DNA of 64,000 bases from Cenarchaeum sp. (GCA_965212015.1 OZ243037.1:416001-480000); one strand, 5' to 3'. Positions 40,602 through 50,824 are shown, counted from the first letter of the stretch. Notes: generated by a model not told the origin, from the sequence alone. A program made the numbers and translations.

Positions 40602-40750
40602 TTTGCGGGGCGCGCATGCGCCGACCGATCAGTTTTTGCAAAACGGCCGCCAATACGGCCGGCATGTTATATAAAACATATCGTCCGATCGCAAAAAATC
40701 AAGATTCATAAGCGATGAAAGTGTTTGTTGGAAAAATCACAGAGATGCTT

Positions 40751-42460
40751 ATGAAGAGTTTTGGAACGCTAGAATACGTACTTGACAGGTATTCGCAGTC
40801 ATGGAGCTGGAAGATCACCGGCCCGCGCGCAGTAAACATGGTCTCGCGGCTCATACCGCAGTCGTGGTACGGCGACGGCCCAGACGAGGCAATAGTGCCG
40901 GACAATTCGCAAAACGTGCAGCAGATCAAGTGGATTCTAGACAGGTATCCGCTGGAGATCCTATCAAAGACCACCTGGCAGAGAAAAATCATAAAATTCA
41001 GGCCCCGCAAGGAAAAGCCGCCCAAGCTGGAGAAGCTGAGGCGCATAAAACCCGGCGAGCAGTTCAGGGGAAAGCTGCTCAACTTTCAAAAGGAGGGGCT
41101 GGATTTCCTGATAAAGTCCTCCGGCAACGCGCTGCTTGCCGACGAGATGGGGCTTGGAAAGACAGTCCAGACCCTGGCATATTTGTCGTCAGAAAAGCAG
41201 GCAATGCCGGCGCTGATTGTGGCCCCCCTAGTCACGCTGCAAAACTGGCAGAGGGAGATTGAAAAGTTTGTAAAAAAGAAGAGCAGGAACGGCAGGATTC
41301 TGAGCAGGCAGAGCCCGTCGTCCACCCTGATACGGAAGGGCAAGTCAGCAGAGATTGGCGAGTTTGACTTTTACATCATAAACTATGAGCTGCTAGACAA
41401 GAGGTTCGAGGATCTCTCAAGGCTCGGCATAAAATCCATAGTGTGCGACGAGGTGCAAAACCTCCGCTCCAAGTCCACGAAAAAATACACGGCAGTCAAG
41501 AGGCTCGCCGCGCTAAAATCAATAACGCACAGGATAGGGCTGTCCGGAACGCCGATCTACAACCGCGGCTCGGAGATATGGCCCATCATAGACATATTAA
41601 AGCCCGGACTGCTGGGAAGCTTTACCGAGTTTTGCGAGTATTTCTGCTATGTCAACGAAAAGGGAAAGGCCATAGTGCTTGAAAACAAGAGAGAGTCGCT
41701 AAGAAAGGACCTCCAAAAGCACGTGATGCTGCGAAGGAAAAAGTCCGACGTGCTCAAGGAGCTAAAAGACAAGGTGCGCTACAAGGAGATTATCGACTCG
41801 GATTCGGACTATTACCTCGAGGAGCTCGACAGGATATGGAAAAAGCTCGAAGACGAGCAAAAGGAGGCAGAGAGCGTCTTTGACAAGTCGGCGTCGTTTC
41901 GCCGCGCCATCCAAAGCGAAAGGCAGGCGGCAGGTGCGGCAAAAATCCCCCACGTGATAAACTTTGTCAAGAACATCATGGAGATAGAGGAGAGCGTTGT
42001 AGTGTTCTGCCACCACAAGTCAATACACAAGACGCTCCGGGAAAACCTGGCAGAGTTCTCGCCGGTCTCCATCATCGGCGGACAGACAGACAAGCTGCGC
42101 CAGGATCAAATCGACAGGTTCCAGGAGGGGAGATCAAAGCTAATGATTGCAGGGCTGCGCGCAGGCAACGTGGGCATCAATCTGAGCAGGGCGCGCTATG
42201 TGATTTTCGCCGAGCTTGACTGGAGCCCGGCAATACACAGGCAGGCAGAAGACAGGCTGCACCGCATTGGCCAGAAAAACACGGTCTTTGCGTACTATCT
42301 CATCGGAAACGGGACGCTAGATGACCACGTGGCAGACATTCTGGTGGACAAGAGCTACGAGATTGACAGCATAATGGACGATACGGTGGATGCCTTTGAG
42401 GACAAGGAAAAAGCCAAGCTCATCCTGGCCCAAATCCAGGACAAGCTAAACATGCGGTGA
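40751..42460 (+). CDS. SNF2-family helicase/ATPase
   Basis: LLADEMGLGKT, CDEVQ, LSGTPIYN, QAEDRLHRIGQ; start 40715 or 40751. Confidence 0.93.
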   Translation: MKSFGTLEYVLDRYSQSWSWKITGPRAVNMVSRLIPQSWYGDGPDEAIVPDNSQNVQQIKWILDRYPLEILSKTTWQRKIIKFRPRKEKPPKLEKLRRIKPGEQFRGKLLNFQKEGLDFLIKSSGNALLADEMGLGKTVQTLAYLSSEKQAMPALIVAPLVTLQNWQREIEKFVKKKSRNGRILSRQSPSSTLIRKGKSAEIGEFDFYIINYELLDKRFEDLSRLGIKSIVCDEVQNLRSKSTKKYTAVKRLAALKSITHRIGLSGTPIYNRGSEIWPIIDILKPGLLGSFTEFCEYFCYVNEKGKAIVLENKRESLRKDLQKHVMLRRKKSDVLKELKDKVRYKEIIDSDSDYYLEELDRIWKKLEDEQKEAESVFDKSASFRRAIQSERQAAGAAKIPHVINFVKNIMEIEESVVVFCHHKSIHKTLRENLAEFSPVSIIGGQTDKLRQDQIDRFQEGRSKLMIAGLRAGNVGINLSRARYVIFAELDWSPAIHRQAEDRLHRIGQKNTVFAYYLIGNGTLDDHVADILVDKSYEIDSIMDDTVDAFEDKEKAKLILAQIQDKLNMR

Positions 42461-42593
42461 ATATCCGGCGAGTATCTGGTGCGGGTCGCGTCCCCTCTGC
42501 GGGGCGAAAAACAGGCCAGATAGGCCTGCTTTTGGCGCAAAAACGCCGGATTTGGAAAAAATCTTTTAATAGATCACGGGTGGTTTTTCAGCA

Positions 42594-43970
42594 ATGAATA
42601 GAAAACTCAAGTATTTGGCAATACTTGCAATACTGCCATTGTTTTCATTGGCACTGACTTCGAGCTTTGATAATGCAGAGGCGCTAAAAGCACAGGGTAG
42701 TTCATCAAAATATACAAAGGACAACGTTTGTGGGGTTCAGCTCTGTTCTGAAATCCCCGGTGGACGAGATGCATTTGAGGAGAGCCAGGCAAACAGGCTC
42801 AAGGATGCAAGAAGCGGTGCGGCCGACGTAGAAATCGGCGAACACATGAAGGACAAGGCAAGCATGAAGGACGGTGAGCACATGAAGGACGGTGAGCACA
42901 TGAAGGACAAGGCAAGCATGAAGGACGGCGAGCACATGAAAGACGGCGAAAAGATGAAGGACAAGGACCACATGAAGGACAAAATGATGGAAAAAATGAC
43001 TGCTGGTTCCCTGCTGAATCTGTCAAGGTCAAACGTGCCGGCTACCATACCGCTGCATCACGGGTTTTATGACGGCGGCGACGTGTACTTTATCATAACT
43101 GATTCAAGTGACGAGGCACACGCGCAGATCATTACCGAAAACCAGGGATGGAAGGTGGAGCTGGCGCCGCTGCTGGCAAACGCGCCAGAGGCGGCACTCT
43201 CAAAGACATACATGTTTACCGGCGGCATCGACGGCAAGGGCGTACACGGATTCCAGGGCGAGGTGTTTACAAGCACGCCGTCCCAGAGTGACGTCTATAG
43301 CGCGTTGACATCGCACGTTCATGTTGCATGGAATGCCGATTCAGAGGCACGCGTTTTAATGTCCGAACAGGAAATACTGGACGCAGAAACCGCAGGCGAA
43401 GTCACCCTTAGTCAGCTTGGCGTGGTGCTAAACATGCCGCAAATCGTCTGGCCCGACGGCCAGATGATGGTAAAAGAGGACAAAGAGTTGACAAACCACA
43501 CCCCGTACGGCGGAGGCCAGGTACTCGACATCAATACAGACGAGATGACTGTGACCTTTATCGCACACAGGGGCTGGGGTCCTGACGGCAGGACAATCTA
43601 CTACATCGTAACTGATGCCACGCCCTCCGGCCCGGCCGGCGCAATGGGAGTAGTGGACGCACCAACTGCGGCCAGTCTGATTGCAAACTCTGCGGCAGTG
43701 GATCTGTTCCAGTTCAAGAACGGAATAGCAGGCTCAGGCCCGCTGGGATTCCAGCCAGGAATCGCATCAGGCGCACCAGGCGACACCAATTATTCCCCAA
43801 TGTGGAGAATCTTTTTAGTCGAGTGGAGCGAGCCAAGATATGCGTCTGTTCTTGAGACCAAGGCAGACATTGATGCGGCCAATGCAGAAAACCTCATAGG
43901 CATAAGTATTGCAAGACCAATGGACTCTGATCACATTGTGAACTGTCCATTCATAGATCCATTCCAATAG
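42594..43970 (+). CDS. Secreted protein with Met/His-rich repeat and duplicated globular domain
   Basis: Signal peptide, VCGVQLC motif, (MKDxxx)8, internally repeated YFIITDSS/YYIVTDAT domain, NYSPMW. Confidence 0.85.
   Translation: MNRKLKYLAILAILPLFSLALTSSFDNAEALKAQGSSSKYTKDNVCGVQLCSEIPGGRDAFEESQANRLKDARSGAADVEIGEHMKDKASMKDGEHMKDGEHMKDKASMKDGEHMKDGEKMKDKDHMKDKMMEKMTAGSLLNLSRSNVPATIPLHHGFYDGGDVYFIITDSSDEAHAQIITENQGWKVELAPLLANAPEAALSKTYMFTGGIDGKGVHGFQGEVFTSTPSQSDVYSALTSHVHVAWNADSEARVLMSEQEILDAETAGEVTLSQLGVVLNMPQIVWPDGQMMVKEDKELTNHTPYGGGQVLDINTDEMTVTFIAHRGWGPDGRTIYYIVTDATPSGPAGAMGVVDAPTAASLIANSAAVDLFQFKNGIAGSGPLGFQPGIASGAPGDTNYSPMWRIFLVEWSEPRYASVLETKADIDAANAENLIGISIARPMDSDHIVNCPFIDPFQ
42846..42989 (+). 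repeat. 18-bp coding tandem repeat, 8 units (MKDKAS/MKDGEH variants)
   Basis: atgaaggac recurs every 18 nt. Confidence 0.9.
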
Positions 43971-43981
43971 GTTTACACCTA

Positions 43982-43990
43982 TTTTTTTTT
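43982..43990 (+). terminator. Oligo-T archaeal terminator
   Basis: T9 run 11 nt after the stop at 43970. Confidence 0.5.
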
Positions 43991-44221
43991 GTTCCAGCGT
44001 GTTTTTACCCGCATTTTTGGAATCTGCGCGGTGTTTCCCGTCGAGTGTCAGACGCCAATACGCGGCGGGATCCGGCTTTGATGGGAATCCAGCCCCGGGC
44101 GAATCCGGTCTTGCGGTGTTTTTGGCCAGTTTACAGGCACGGTTTGACAGTCCAGCCCGCATCCCTCACGCCTATAATTTGGATAATTAATTATATACCC
44201 AATGCCCTCCAACCCATACAG

Positions 44222-45058
44222 ATGAACAAAAAGGCCATAATCGGTTTAGTCGTGGCAGCCATAATAATTCCAAGCGTGGGATATGCAATCAGCCCATATT
44301 TTACAGAATCCACCATTAACGAGGAACTTCCTGACAATATCGCAATCACAGGAGAGGTGACAGGCGATGAGATGGAGGATGCAGGCGAGAGAGAAGAGGG
44401 AATAGAGGCAGAAATGATGGAGGATGCAGAAATGATGAAAGGCGAAGAGATGGTTGAAGGCATGGAAGGCTCAGATATGATGGAAGGCATGGAGGCAGAA
44501 ACGGTAGAGGAGGCAGAAATGATGGAAACAGAAGAGATGATGGAGGATGCATCCATGGAAAACGACATGACAAATGACGGGACGGAAACTACAATCGAGG
44601 ATGCAGTCGACGAGGCAGAGGCAGACGTCTCTGTGGATGACGACGAGATGGTTGAAGGCGCCGACATACAGGACGGCCATACCGGCGGCGGTGTACAAGC
44701 GCAGGAAAACGCCAATGACAAAGTTATCCCCGTCACGTATTCTGGAACATTTGTCGGCGTCAATGACGGCATACACAATGCAGAGGGCGTCACGCTAGTG
44801 CTCCCCCTTGATGACGGCTCGCAGATACTGAGGCTTGAGGAATTTCACTCCACCAACGGGCCGGATCTTTACGTCTATCTTGCCACCGACAAGAGGGCAA
44901 GCGACTTTGTGAATCTGGGCGATCTCAAGGCCAACCGCGGAAACCAGAATTACGAGATTCCGCAGGGAACGGATCTTGAAAAATACGACAATGTCCTCAT
45001 CTGGTGCAAGCAGTTCAGCGTGCTGTTTGGCAGCTCGGAAATATCCCCGGACAATTAG
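44222..45058 (+). CDS. Membrane-anchored DM13-domain protein with Met/Glu-rich linker
   Basis: GTFVG...HNAEG, LRLEEF, NGPDLYVYL, GNQNYEIP, IWCKQFSVLFG. Confidence 0.88.
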   Translation: MNKKAIIGLVVAAIIIPSVGYAISPYFTESTINEELPDNIAITGEVTGDEMEDAGEREEGIEAEMMEDAEMMKGEEMVEGMEGSDMMEGMEAETVEEAEMMETEEMMEDASMENDMTNDGTETTIEDAVDEAEADVSVDDDEMVEGADIQDGHTGGGVQAQENANDKVIPVTYSGTFVGVNDGIHNAEGVTLVLPLDDGSQILRLEEFHSTNGPDLYVYLATDKRASDFVNLGDLKANRGNQNYEIPQGTDLEKYDNVLIWCKQFSVLFGSSEISPDN

Positions 45059-45081
45059 CATTTTATGCGGACATGACAGTA

Positions 45082-45864
45082 CTAGGACTTTATCTCTGCG
45101 CCGTGCTGTGACTTTACTATGTACCTGTCCCGGATTTTTACGCTTATCCAGTCTATGATCAGGACGGCCACTAGCACCACCAGCATAAAGACTGCGGCCT
45201 TGCCGTACTCGAAGAACTTGATATAGTTTATGATGTAAAACCCAATCCCGCCTGCGCCGACCAGCCCCAGGATGCTAGTCTGCCTCACGTTATAGTCAAA
45301 CATGTACAGTATGTGGCTCAGAATGTGCGGTGCGGATTCGGGAATGACTACAAAGCGTATCAGCTTTAGCTTTGATATCCCCATCGAGCGCACGGCATCC
45401 ATCGGTTCGGCGTCAATTGCCTCTATCGTCTCGTACTGGAGCTTTGCCACAAACCCCACGGTATACATTATTATCGCCAGCACCCCCGCAAACGGCCCCA
45501 GGCCCACCATTATCACAAACAGGATGGCCCACAGAATCGACGGAAACGTGCGTATTGCCGCCAGTATCGCGCGCACAGGACCGTACACCCACTTGCTGTT
45601 GAGGTTCCTTGACGCAAGCATGCTAAGCGGCAGGGCAATCGTGACGCCCACGATGGTGCCGACAAACGCCATCTGAATCGTCTCAAACATCGACCACACC
45701 GCCGTGCCGAACAGGTCCGGGCTTATCTGCGTCATCTCGCGGGCCACTACCTCGAGGTTCAGTATGCCGCTTGCAAAATCCGCAGGGTTGGCATCAATGT
45801 TTACCGATACGGCAATGACGGCGGCCACTATCAGGCCTATTGCCAGGTTATTTTTCGGATTCAT
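45082..45864 (-). CDS. phnE: Phosphonate/phosphite ABC permease
   Basis: ETIQMA, GLGPFAGVLAI, NVRQTSILGLVGAGGIG. Confidence 0.92.
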   Translation of the reverse strand: MNPKNNLAIGLIVAAVIAVSVNIDANPADFASGILNLEVVAREMTQISPDLFGTAVWSMFETIQMAFVGTIVGVTIALPLSMLASRNLNSKWVYGPVRAILAAIRTFPSILWAILFVIMVGLGPFAGVLAIIMYTVGFVAKLQYETIEAIDAEPMDAVRSMGISKLKLIRFVVIPESAPHILSHILYMFDYNVRQTSILGLVGAGGIGFYIINYIKFFEYGKAAVFMLVVLVAVLIIDWISVKIRDRYIVKSQHGAEIKS

Positions 45865-46657
45865 CCCCGTACATCTCTAGTATCTCCTGCTGCGTCATGT
45901 TTCCGGACTGAAAGTCCACTATCTGGTCGCCCTCCACGCCTATCTCGAGTACCTTTTCGCCGTCGCGCATCACTGCCACGCGGTTTGCATACTCTAGCGC
46001 AAGCTGTATGTCGTGGTGCACCATTACCGAGGTAAGGTTGAGCTTTTCCTGCGCGTCCCGGATTAAATCCATGACCTCGACTGCGGTGGAGTGATCCAGC
46101 TCGGACACTATCTCGTCGGCAAGCAGAATGTCGGGCTTTTGCATCAGCGCGCGCGCAATGGCCACCCGCCTCTTCTCCCCGCCGCTTAGCGTGTGCGCCT
46201 TGCGGTGGAACTTGCCGTCCAGGCCCACCAGTCTCAGTATCCTTTCTGCCTCAGAGACCTCGCCGTCTGGGTACATTTTGAGAAATGACTTTAGCTGGCC
46301 CATCCTGGGTAGCGCGCCGATCAGCGTGTTTTCCAGGACGGAGGAGCTGCGGACCAGCCCCAGGCTCTGCGGGATATAGCCTATCTTTGACATCATTGCC
46401 CTAAAGCCTGCGCTGCGCATGTCCGGAGTCGCATAGTCGGTCTTTACTGTCCCCCTGCTTGGCCTCATCATGGCGTTTATCAGCTTTAGCATGGTGGATT
46501 TTCCGGATCCGGACTGGCCGATTATGGCATAGTTGCTCCCGCGCCGCACCGACAGGTTTATCCTCTTTAGGACATACCCTTCAGAGTCGTACGACGCCCA
46601 GACGTCGTTCATCTGTATAATGTTCTCGGTAAGAATCGGTTTTGGGTTGTGTTTCAT
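45848..46657 (-). CDS. phnC: Phosphonate/phosphite ABC ATPase
   Basis: GQSGSGKST, LSGGEKRRVAIARALMQ, LADE; lies between phnD and phnE. Confidence 0.9.
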   Translation of the reverse strand: MKHNPKPILTENIIQMNDVWASYDSEGYVLKRINLSVRRGSNYAIIGQSGSGKSTMLKLINAMMRPSRGTVKTDYATPDMRSAGFRAMMSKIGYIPQSLGLVRSSSVLENTLIGALPRMGQLKSFLKMYPDGEVSEAERILRLVGLDGKFHRKAHTLSGGEKRRVAIARALMQKPDILLADEIVSELDHSTAVEVMDLIRDAQEKLNLTSVMVHHDIQLALEYANRVAVMRDGEKVLEIGVEGDQIVDFQSGNMTQQEILEMYGDESEK

Positions 46658-46662
46658 GCGTG

Positions 46663-47742
46663 TTATTTGCTCTTGTCGTACTTGTCTAAAATCAACCTAT
46701 CGATTCCCGCCAGCGCGTCAATGTTTTCGCCGAAATCGCCAATGTGCATTATGGTGCTAGTCGGCAAAAGTGCGTCTGCTCCGTAAAGATCTGTCAGAAT
46801 TTTATTATTCTCCTCATAGTTTAGCTCCACCAGCGCGCCGGTCAGGGCCTTTCTTGTATAGTCGGGCATGTCGGGGTGCACCATAAAGACGTGGGACGGC
46901 ACCTCGCCTACGGTGGCGACTGACTTTAGCCTCGCCTGCTCGCCGGCATCAAGGTATTTTTTTGGCGCAATGTCTGAGCCAAATGCGACGTCGACATTGC
47001 CGCCAAGCAGCAGCTGCAGCGCCGCCTTGTATCCGCCGGTAAACGTGTGCTCCTCAAAAGAGTCGCGCAGCGCCTGCTCCAGCGCTATTACGTCATTACC
47101 CTGGATTTGAATCTGCCCTGATGTCACCAGGCTTCCCACCGGCCTGATGAATCCAGAAGATCCGGTAATGCTGGTAAATGCCACGCGCTTTCCAAGCACA
47201 TCCTCGAGGGACTGTACGGAATGGTCGTCTGCCAGCGTCCATACGGTTGCCTGATAGCTTGTCTTGCCGCCCACCACCTCTGCTAGTACTGCCTCGGCGC
47301 CGGTTCTCTGGTGAGTTATCCACGCCGGACCGGTATCCATAAAGGCCGCATCGATGTGGCCAAACCGCATTCCCTCGATTATAGTCTCATAGTTTGTCGG
47401 AATTACAATCTCAATGTCGACGCCGGGAATCCGTTCCTCAAGAAACTCTTCTAGCTCTTGGGCCTCAGATGTCAGCTTGTCTGCCTTTTCAATCGGTATG
47501 AGGCCTATTGTCAGCTTGTCTGCACCGGGATCATTGCGTGCGTCCGGTATGCGGATTACGCCCTCGTCTATCAGATACTGTATGACCCCGATAAAGTCCC
47601 CGTCGGTGGTCTGATCATCGGCCCAAAACCCGGCCACCTCTTTTATCCATGCCGGTATTTCTGATTGCGCAGAGGCGTGCAGTGCCGCCGGCATGGCGCA
47701 CGCAGCGCACACAAGTATGGCAATCCGGACTGTGCGAATCAT
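46663..47742 (-). CDS. phnD: Phosphonate/phosphite ABC substrate-binding protein with an extra N-terminal thaumarchaeal-type domain
   Basis: NYETIIEGMRFGHIDAA, AFTSITGSSGFIRP; N-terminal IPAWIKEVAGFWAD...IQYLIDEGVIRIP. Confidence 0.88.
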   Translation of the reverse strand: MIRTVRIAILVCAACAMPAALHASAQSEIPAWIKEVAGFWADDQTTDGDFIGVIQYLIDEGVIRIPDARNDPGADKLTIGLIPIEKADKLTSEAQELEEFLEERIPGVDIEIVIPTNYETIIEGMRFGHIDAAFMDTGPAWITHQRTGAEAVLAEVVGGKTSYQATVWTLADDHSVQSLEDVLGKRVAFTSITGSSGFIRPVGSLVTSGQIQIQGNDVIALEQALRDSFEEHTFTGGYKAALQLLLGGNVDVAFGSDIAPKKYLDAGEQARLKSVATVGEVPSHVFMVHPDMPDYTRKALTGALVELNYEENNKILTDLYGADALLPTSTIMHIGDFGENIDALAGIDRLILDKYDKSK

Positions 47743-48037
47743 TATGGCTGTGCTTGGCGCCAATCCATTTAAACCAAGATTCAATTGTACAGACGTGTTC
47801 CATAATTGTAGAATCACTGCCCTGCCTGCCAGAGTGCATCACGAGCTGCGAATTTGTCCCTTGCCACATGTGGTGTGTCTCGCCGGAAAATTTTGGTGTT
47901 AATGCCGGTATGATCTAGGGGAATGGCCCGTATGGGAGGTGGTGGTTTTGTACCCGTCTTTTTCTAGCATGCGGCATTTCAGCAAAATTCAAAGTTTTAA
48001 CAGTCATGGCCGCTTTCCGTGCGTGACGGTCCTTTCT

Positions 48038-48091
48038 GGGAATGATTTCCTGTCCGGGAATGATTTCCTGTCCGGGAATGATTTCCTGTCA
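48038..48091. repeat. 18-bp tandem repeat x3 (gggaatgatttcctgtcc)
   Basis: Three adjacent copies, each containing GGAA-TGAT-TTCC dyad symmetry. Confidence 0.9.
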
Positions 48092-48185
48092 GGTGTAAAG
48101 GTGGACAAATGATCGTGCCTAAAGCAGACTGAATAGAATGGTCAATCTTTTAATAGGCATATCCACACATAAAACATTGGTCTAT

Positions 48186-48308
48186 ATGGAAAAGGTAATG
48201 GATGATAAAGACGAGGATGTTGTAATGGACGAAAAGGAAGTCAGAAGGATAATCGACGAATGCCTAAGGCAACACTATAAAGTCTATGACAGACTAGCAG
48301 AAATTTAG
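48186..48308 (+). CDS. Small putative antitoxin (40 aa) of the Doc/Fic module
   Basis: MEKVMDDKDEDVVMDEKEVRRIIDECLRQHYKVYDRLAEI; ends 1 nt before the toxin start. Confidence 0.65.
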   Translation: MEKVMDDKDEDVVMDEKEVRRIIDECLRQHYKVYDRLAEI

Positions 48309-48309
48309 A

Positions 48310-48921
48310 TTGTACTATCCAACCATGCAAAATGTAGAATTAATCATAGATGAATTAAATCTACGGTACAATGTTCGTATTGTGATTATAAATCAAGGGC
48401 AATTAGAGTTTGCTCTGGAAAAACCCAAGGAAAAATTTAATGGTGTCGAGATGTATCCCGAGTTATATCAAAAGGCAGCTATCTTGATGGAGACCATGAC
48501 AAAACTCCATACCCTTAGTGATGGCAATAAAAGAACCGCCATGTTGATGGCAGAGTTTATGATCAAAGCAAATGGGGGCGATATGGTATTGCCGCTAAAG
48601 GCAACCCGTTTGTCCGTAGATGTGGCAATGGATGCAGATGATGGGATGAGGGATGAAATTCAAAAATGGTTCAAAGTACATGTTGCTATGAATCCATACG
48701 AATTATCCGTCATGCTTAAAGAACTCATAGAGGAAGAGGAAATGATCAAGAATTTATTGAAATCGGAAAAGATACTACAGGTTAGGGAATTACTTGACAA
48801 ATGGCTTGCTTTTGATAATTATCCAGAATATAAAAAAGAATGGGATGAATTGGAAGAACAATGGAGGCAAAAAGATCATTACATGTCAAACTCAACAGAA
48901 AATAAAAAATCCGACCTGTGA
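48310..48921 (+). CDS. Doc/Fic-family protein
   Basis: YPELYQKAA, HTLSDGNKRTA (variant of HPFxDGNKRT); AT-rich. Confidence 0.88.
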   Translation: MYYPTMQNVELIIDELNLRYNVRIVIINQGQLEFALEKPKEKFNGVEMYPELYQKAAILMETMTKLHTLSDGNKRTAMLMAEFMIKANGGDMVLPLKATRLSVDVAMDADDGMRDEIQKWFKVHVAMNPYELSVMLKELIEEEEMIKNLLKSEKILQVRELLDKWLAFDNYPEYKKEWDELEEQWRQKDHYMSNSTENKKSDL

Positions 48922-49240
48922 CCAAGAATATGGAAGTCAATTACCAACATTGTAAAACGTCCACATCATGAAACATCACAGGAATTGGTTTCAGACAGAT
49001 GATGTTGAGGATTTTTTATACGGCACATGATGAAACATGTCCAGTATGCCCAAAGATGTTGTACGCGAATCAAGTTACTGCTGTTCAAATTCATTATTTA
49101 ATTGTTTAAATCTCGGATTCGTACGAGATCACGCCACAATGCGACTAGGCACAAGTTTCGCATCACGGATATCCCTTGTACAGTGCATGTGGCCTCGCAG
49201 AATTCAAAACTTTATTTGCCAAAGGCGCGCAATATGGGCA

Positions 49241-50428
49241 ATGACAAACAGCGCCTCACCGGATTCTAATACCCGGTCTTTTGCATTGCCCTTTGGCGCC
49301 AGGACAGGCGCAGTCATCATGATCGCAGCAGCGCTTGCCATAATCGGGTTTTTTCTGGCCGAAAGCTGGGATGCGCCAGAAAATCCAACCCCGGATGCGA
49401 CGGGAGGCGGCAATGCAGAGTCCCCGTACCATGTCCGGACAATAGTGGAGAATCTCAGGGTTCCGTGGGCGATGGATTTTGCCCCCGACGGGAGGATATT
49501 TTTCACGCAGAGGGGCGGCGAGGTGTTCATAATACAGGACGGCATCATGCACGGGCCGGCACTAAATCTTGACGTGGGCTTTGTAGAGGGCGGACTGCTC
49601 GGAATAGCCCTCGATCCGCACTTTGAGGACAACCATTACGTCTATCTGTACTATACATACTCGGATCTGCTCTCCACACACAACAGGGTCGCAAGATACA
49701 CAGAGGAGGGCAACAAGCTTGCAGATGAGCTCACACTCATAGATGGCATTCCCGGCGGGCCGGTGCATGACGGCGGCAGGATAAGGTTCGGCGGCGACGG
49801 CAAGCTGTACGTGACTACCGGCGATGCGTCAAACCCCGCGCTTGCACAAGACAAAAGCTCGCTTGCCGGTAAAATCCTGCGAATCAATCCGGACGGCAGC
49901 ATTCCGGACGACAATCCCTTCAAAGAATCGCCGGTCTTTTCGTACGGACACAGGAATCCGCAGGGGCTTGACTGGCATTCAAGCGGGACGCTCTATATCA
50001 CCGAGCACGGCCCTTCCGGCGAGCGGGGATTCGCACACGACGAGATTAACGCAGTCCGCGGCGGGCAGAACTTTGGCTGGCCTGAGCTGGTAGGCGACGA
50101 GTCCGGTGAGGGCATGCGCGGCCCCGTCCTGCACAGCGGGGACATCACGTGGGCGCCGTCGGGCGCAAGCTTTTACGACTCGGATGCGATCCCCGAGTGG
50201 TCAGGCAAGCTCCTAGTCGCCACGCTTGCCGGAAGGCACATGATGGCAGTAAACCTTGACGCAGACCCGATAGTTGCAGAGCGTTATTTTGTGGGCGAGT
50301 ATGGAAGGCTCAGGGACGTTACAGTCGACGGACTTGGAAACGTCTATCTGCTTACAAGCAACCAGGACGGAAGGGGAAGCCCCGCCCCCAACGACGACAG
50401 GATACTAAAAGTCAGCGCATGGCCCTGA
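49241..50428 (+). CDS. PQQ-dependent glucose/sorbosone dehydrogenase family protein
   Basis: PWAMDFAPDG, EGGLLGIALDP, HDGGRIRFG, GHRNPQGL, GRLRDV. Confidence 0.92.
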   Translation: MTNSASPDSNTRSFALPFGARTGAVIMIAAALAIIGFFLAESWDAPENPTPDATGGGNAESPYHVRTIVENLRVPWAMDFAPDGRIFFTQRGGEVFIIQDGIMHGPALNLDVGFVEGGLLGIALDPHFEDNHYVYLYYTYSDLLSTHNRVARYTEEGNKLADELTLIDGIPGGPVHDGGRIRFGGDGKLYVTTGDASNPALAQDKSSLAGKILRINPDGSIPDDNPFKESPVFSYGHRNPQGLDWHSSGTLYITEHGPSGERGFAHDEINAVRGGQNFGWPELVGDESGEGMRGPVLHSGDITWAPSGASFYDSDAIPEWSGKLLVATLAGRHMMAVNLDADPIVAERYFVGEYGRLRDVTVDGLGNVYLLTSNQDGRGSPAPNDDRILKVSAWP

Positions 50429-50478
50429 ACCGTCGTGATGCCTTGCCGTAAAATGTACCGGCTATACCGAAACGGCAG

Positions 50479-50820
50479 CTAGTCCTGATACGACCTTACC
50501 GGGTATAGGCGCAGCACCGGCTCCTTGTCCTGCAGGGTAATCTCTACCTTGTCTATCCTGCTCCTGTACAGCTTTATTTTTTTCCCCTCCTTTGAGATTA
50601 CGAATTTTTCCACGTCAAGCAGCGCCAGATCCTCCAGCGCCGACACTGTCTTGTACACGTTTGAAAGCGAAATGTTCAGCTCGCCGGATATCTGGCTTGC
50701 GTCCTTTGCCACCTTTTTGACGCAAAACAGCACCGCCCTGGTGCACACGTTGCTTAGCGACTCTATTATCCTCTGCGTCACGTCAAACTCGCTGAGCTGT
50801 ATGATGTTGAGTTTTGCCAT
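50479..50820 (-). CDS. ArsR-like wHTH regulator
   Basis: ASQISGELNISLSNVYK, GKKIKLYRSRI. Confidence 0.85.
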   Translation of the reverse strand: MAKLNIIQLSEFDVTQRIIESLSNVCTRAVLFCVKKVAKDASQISGELNISLSNVYKTVSALEDLALLDVEKFVISKEGKKIKLYRSRIDKVEITLQDKEPVLRLYPVRSYQD

Positions 50821-50824
50821 GGCC

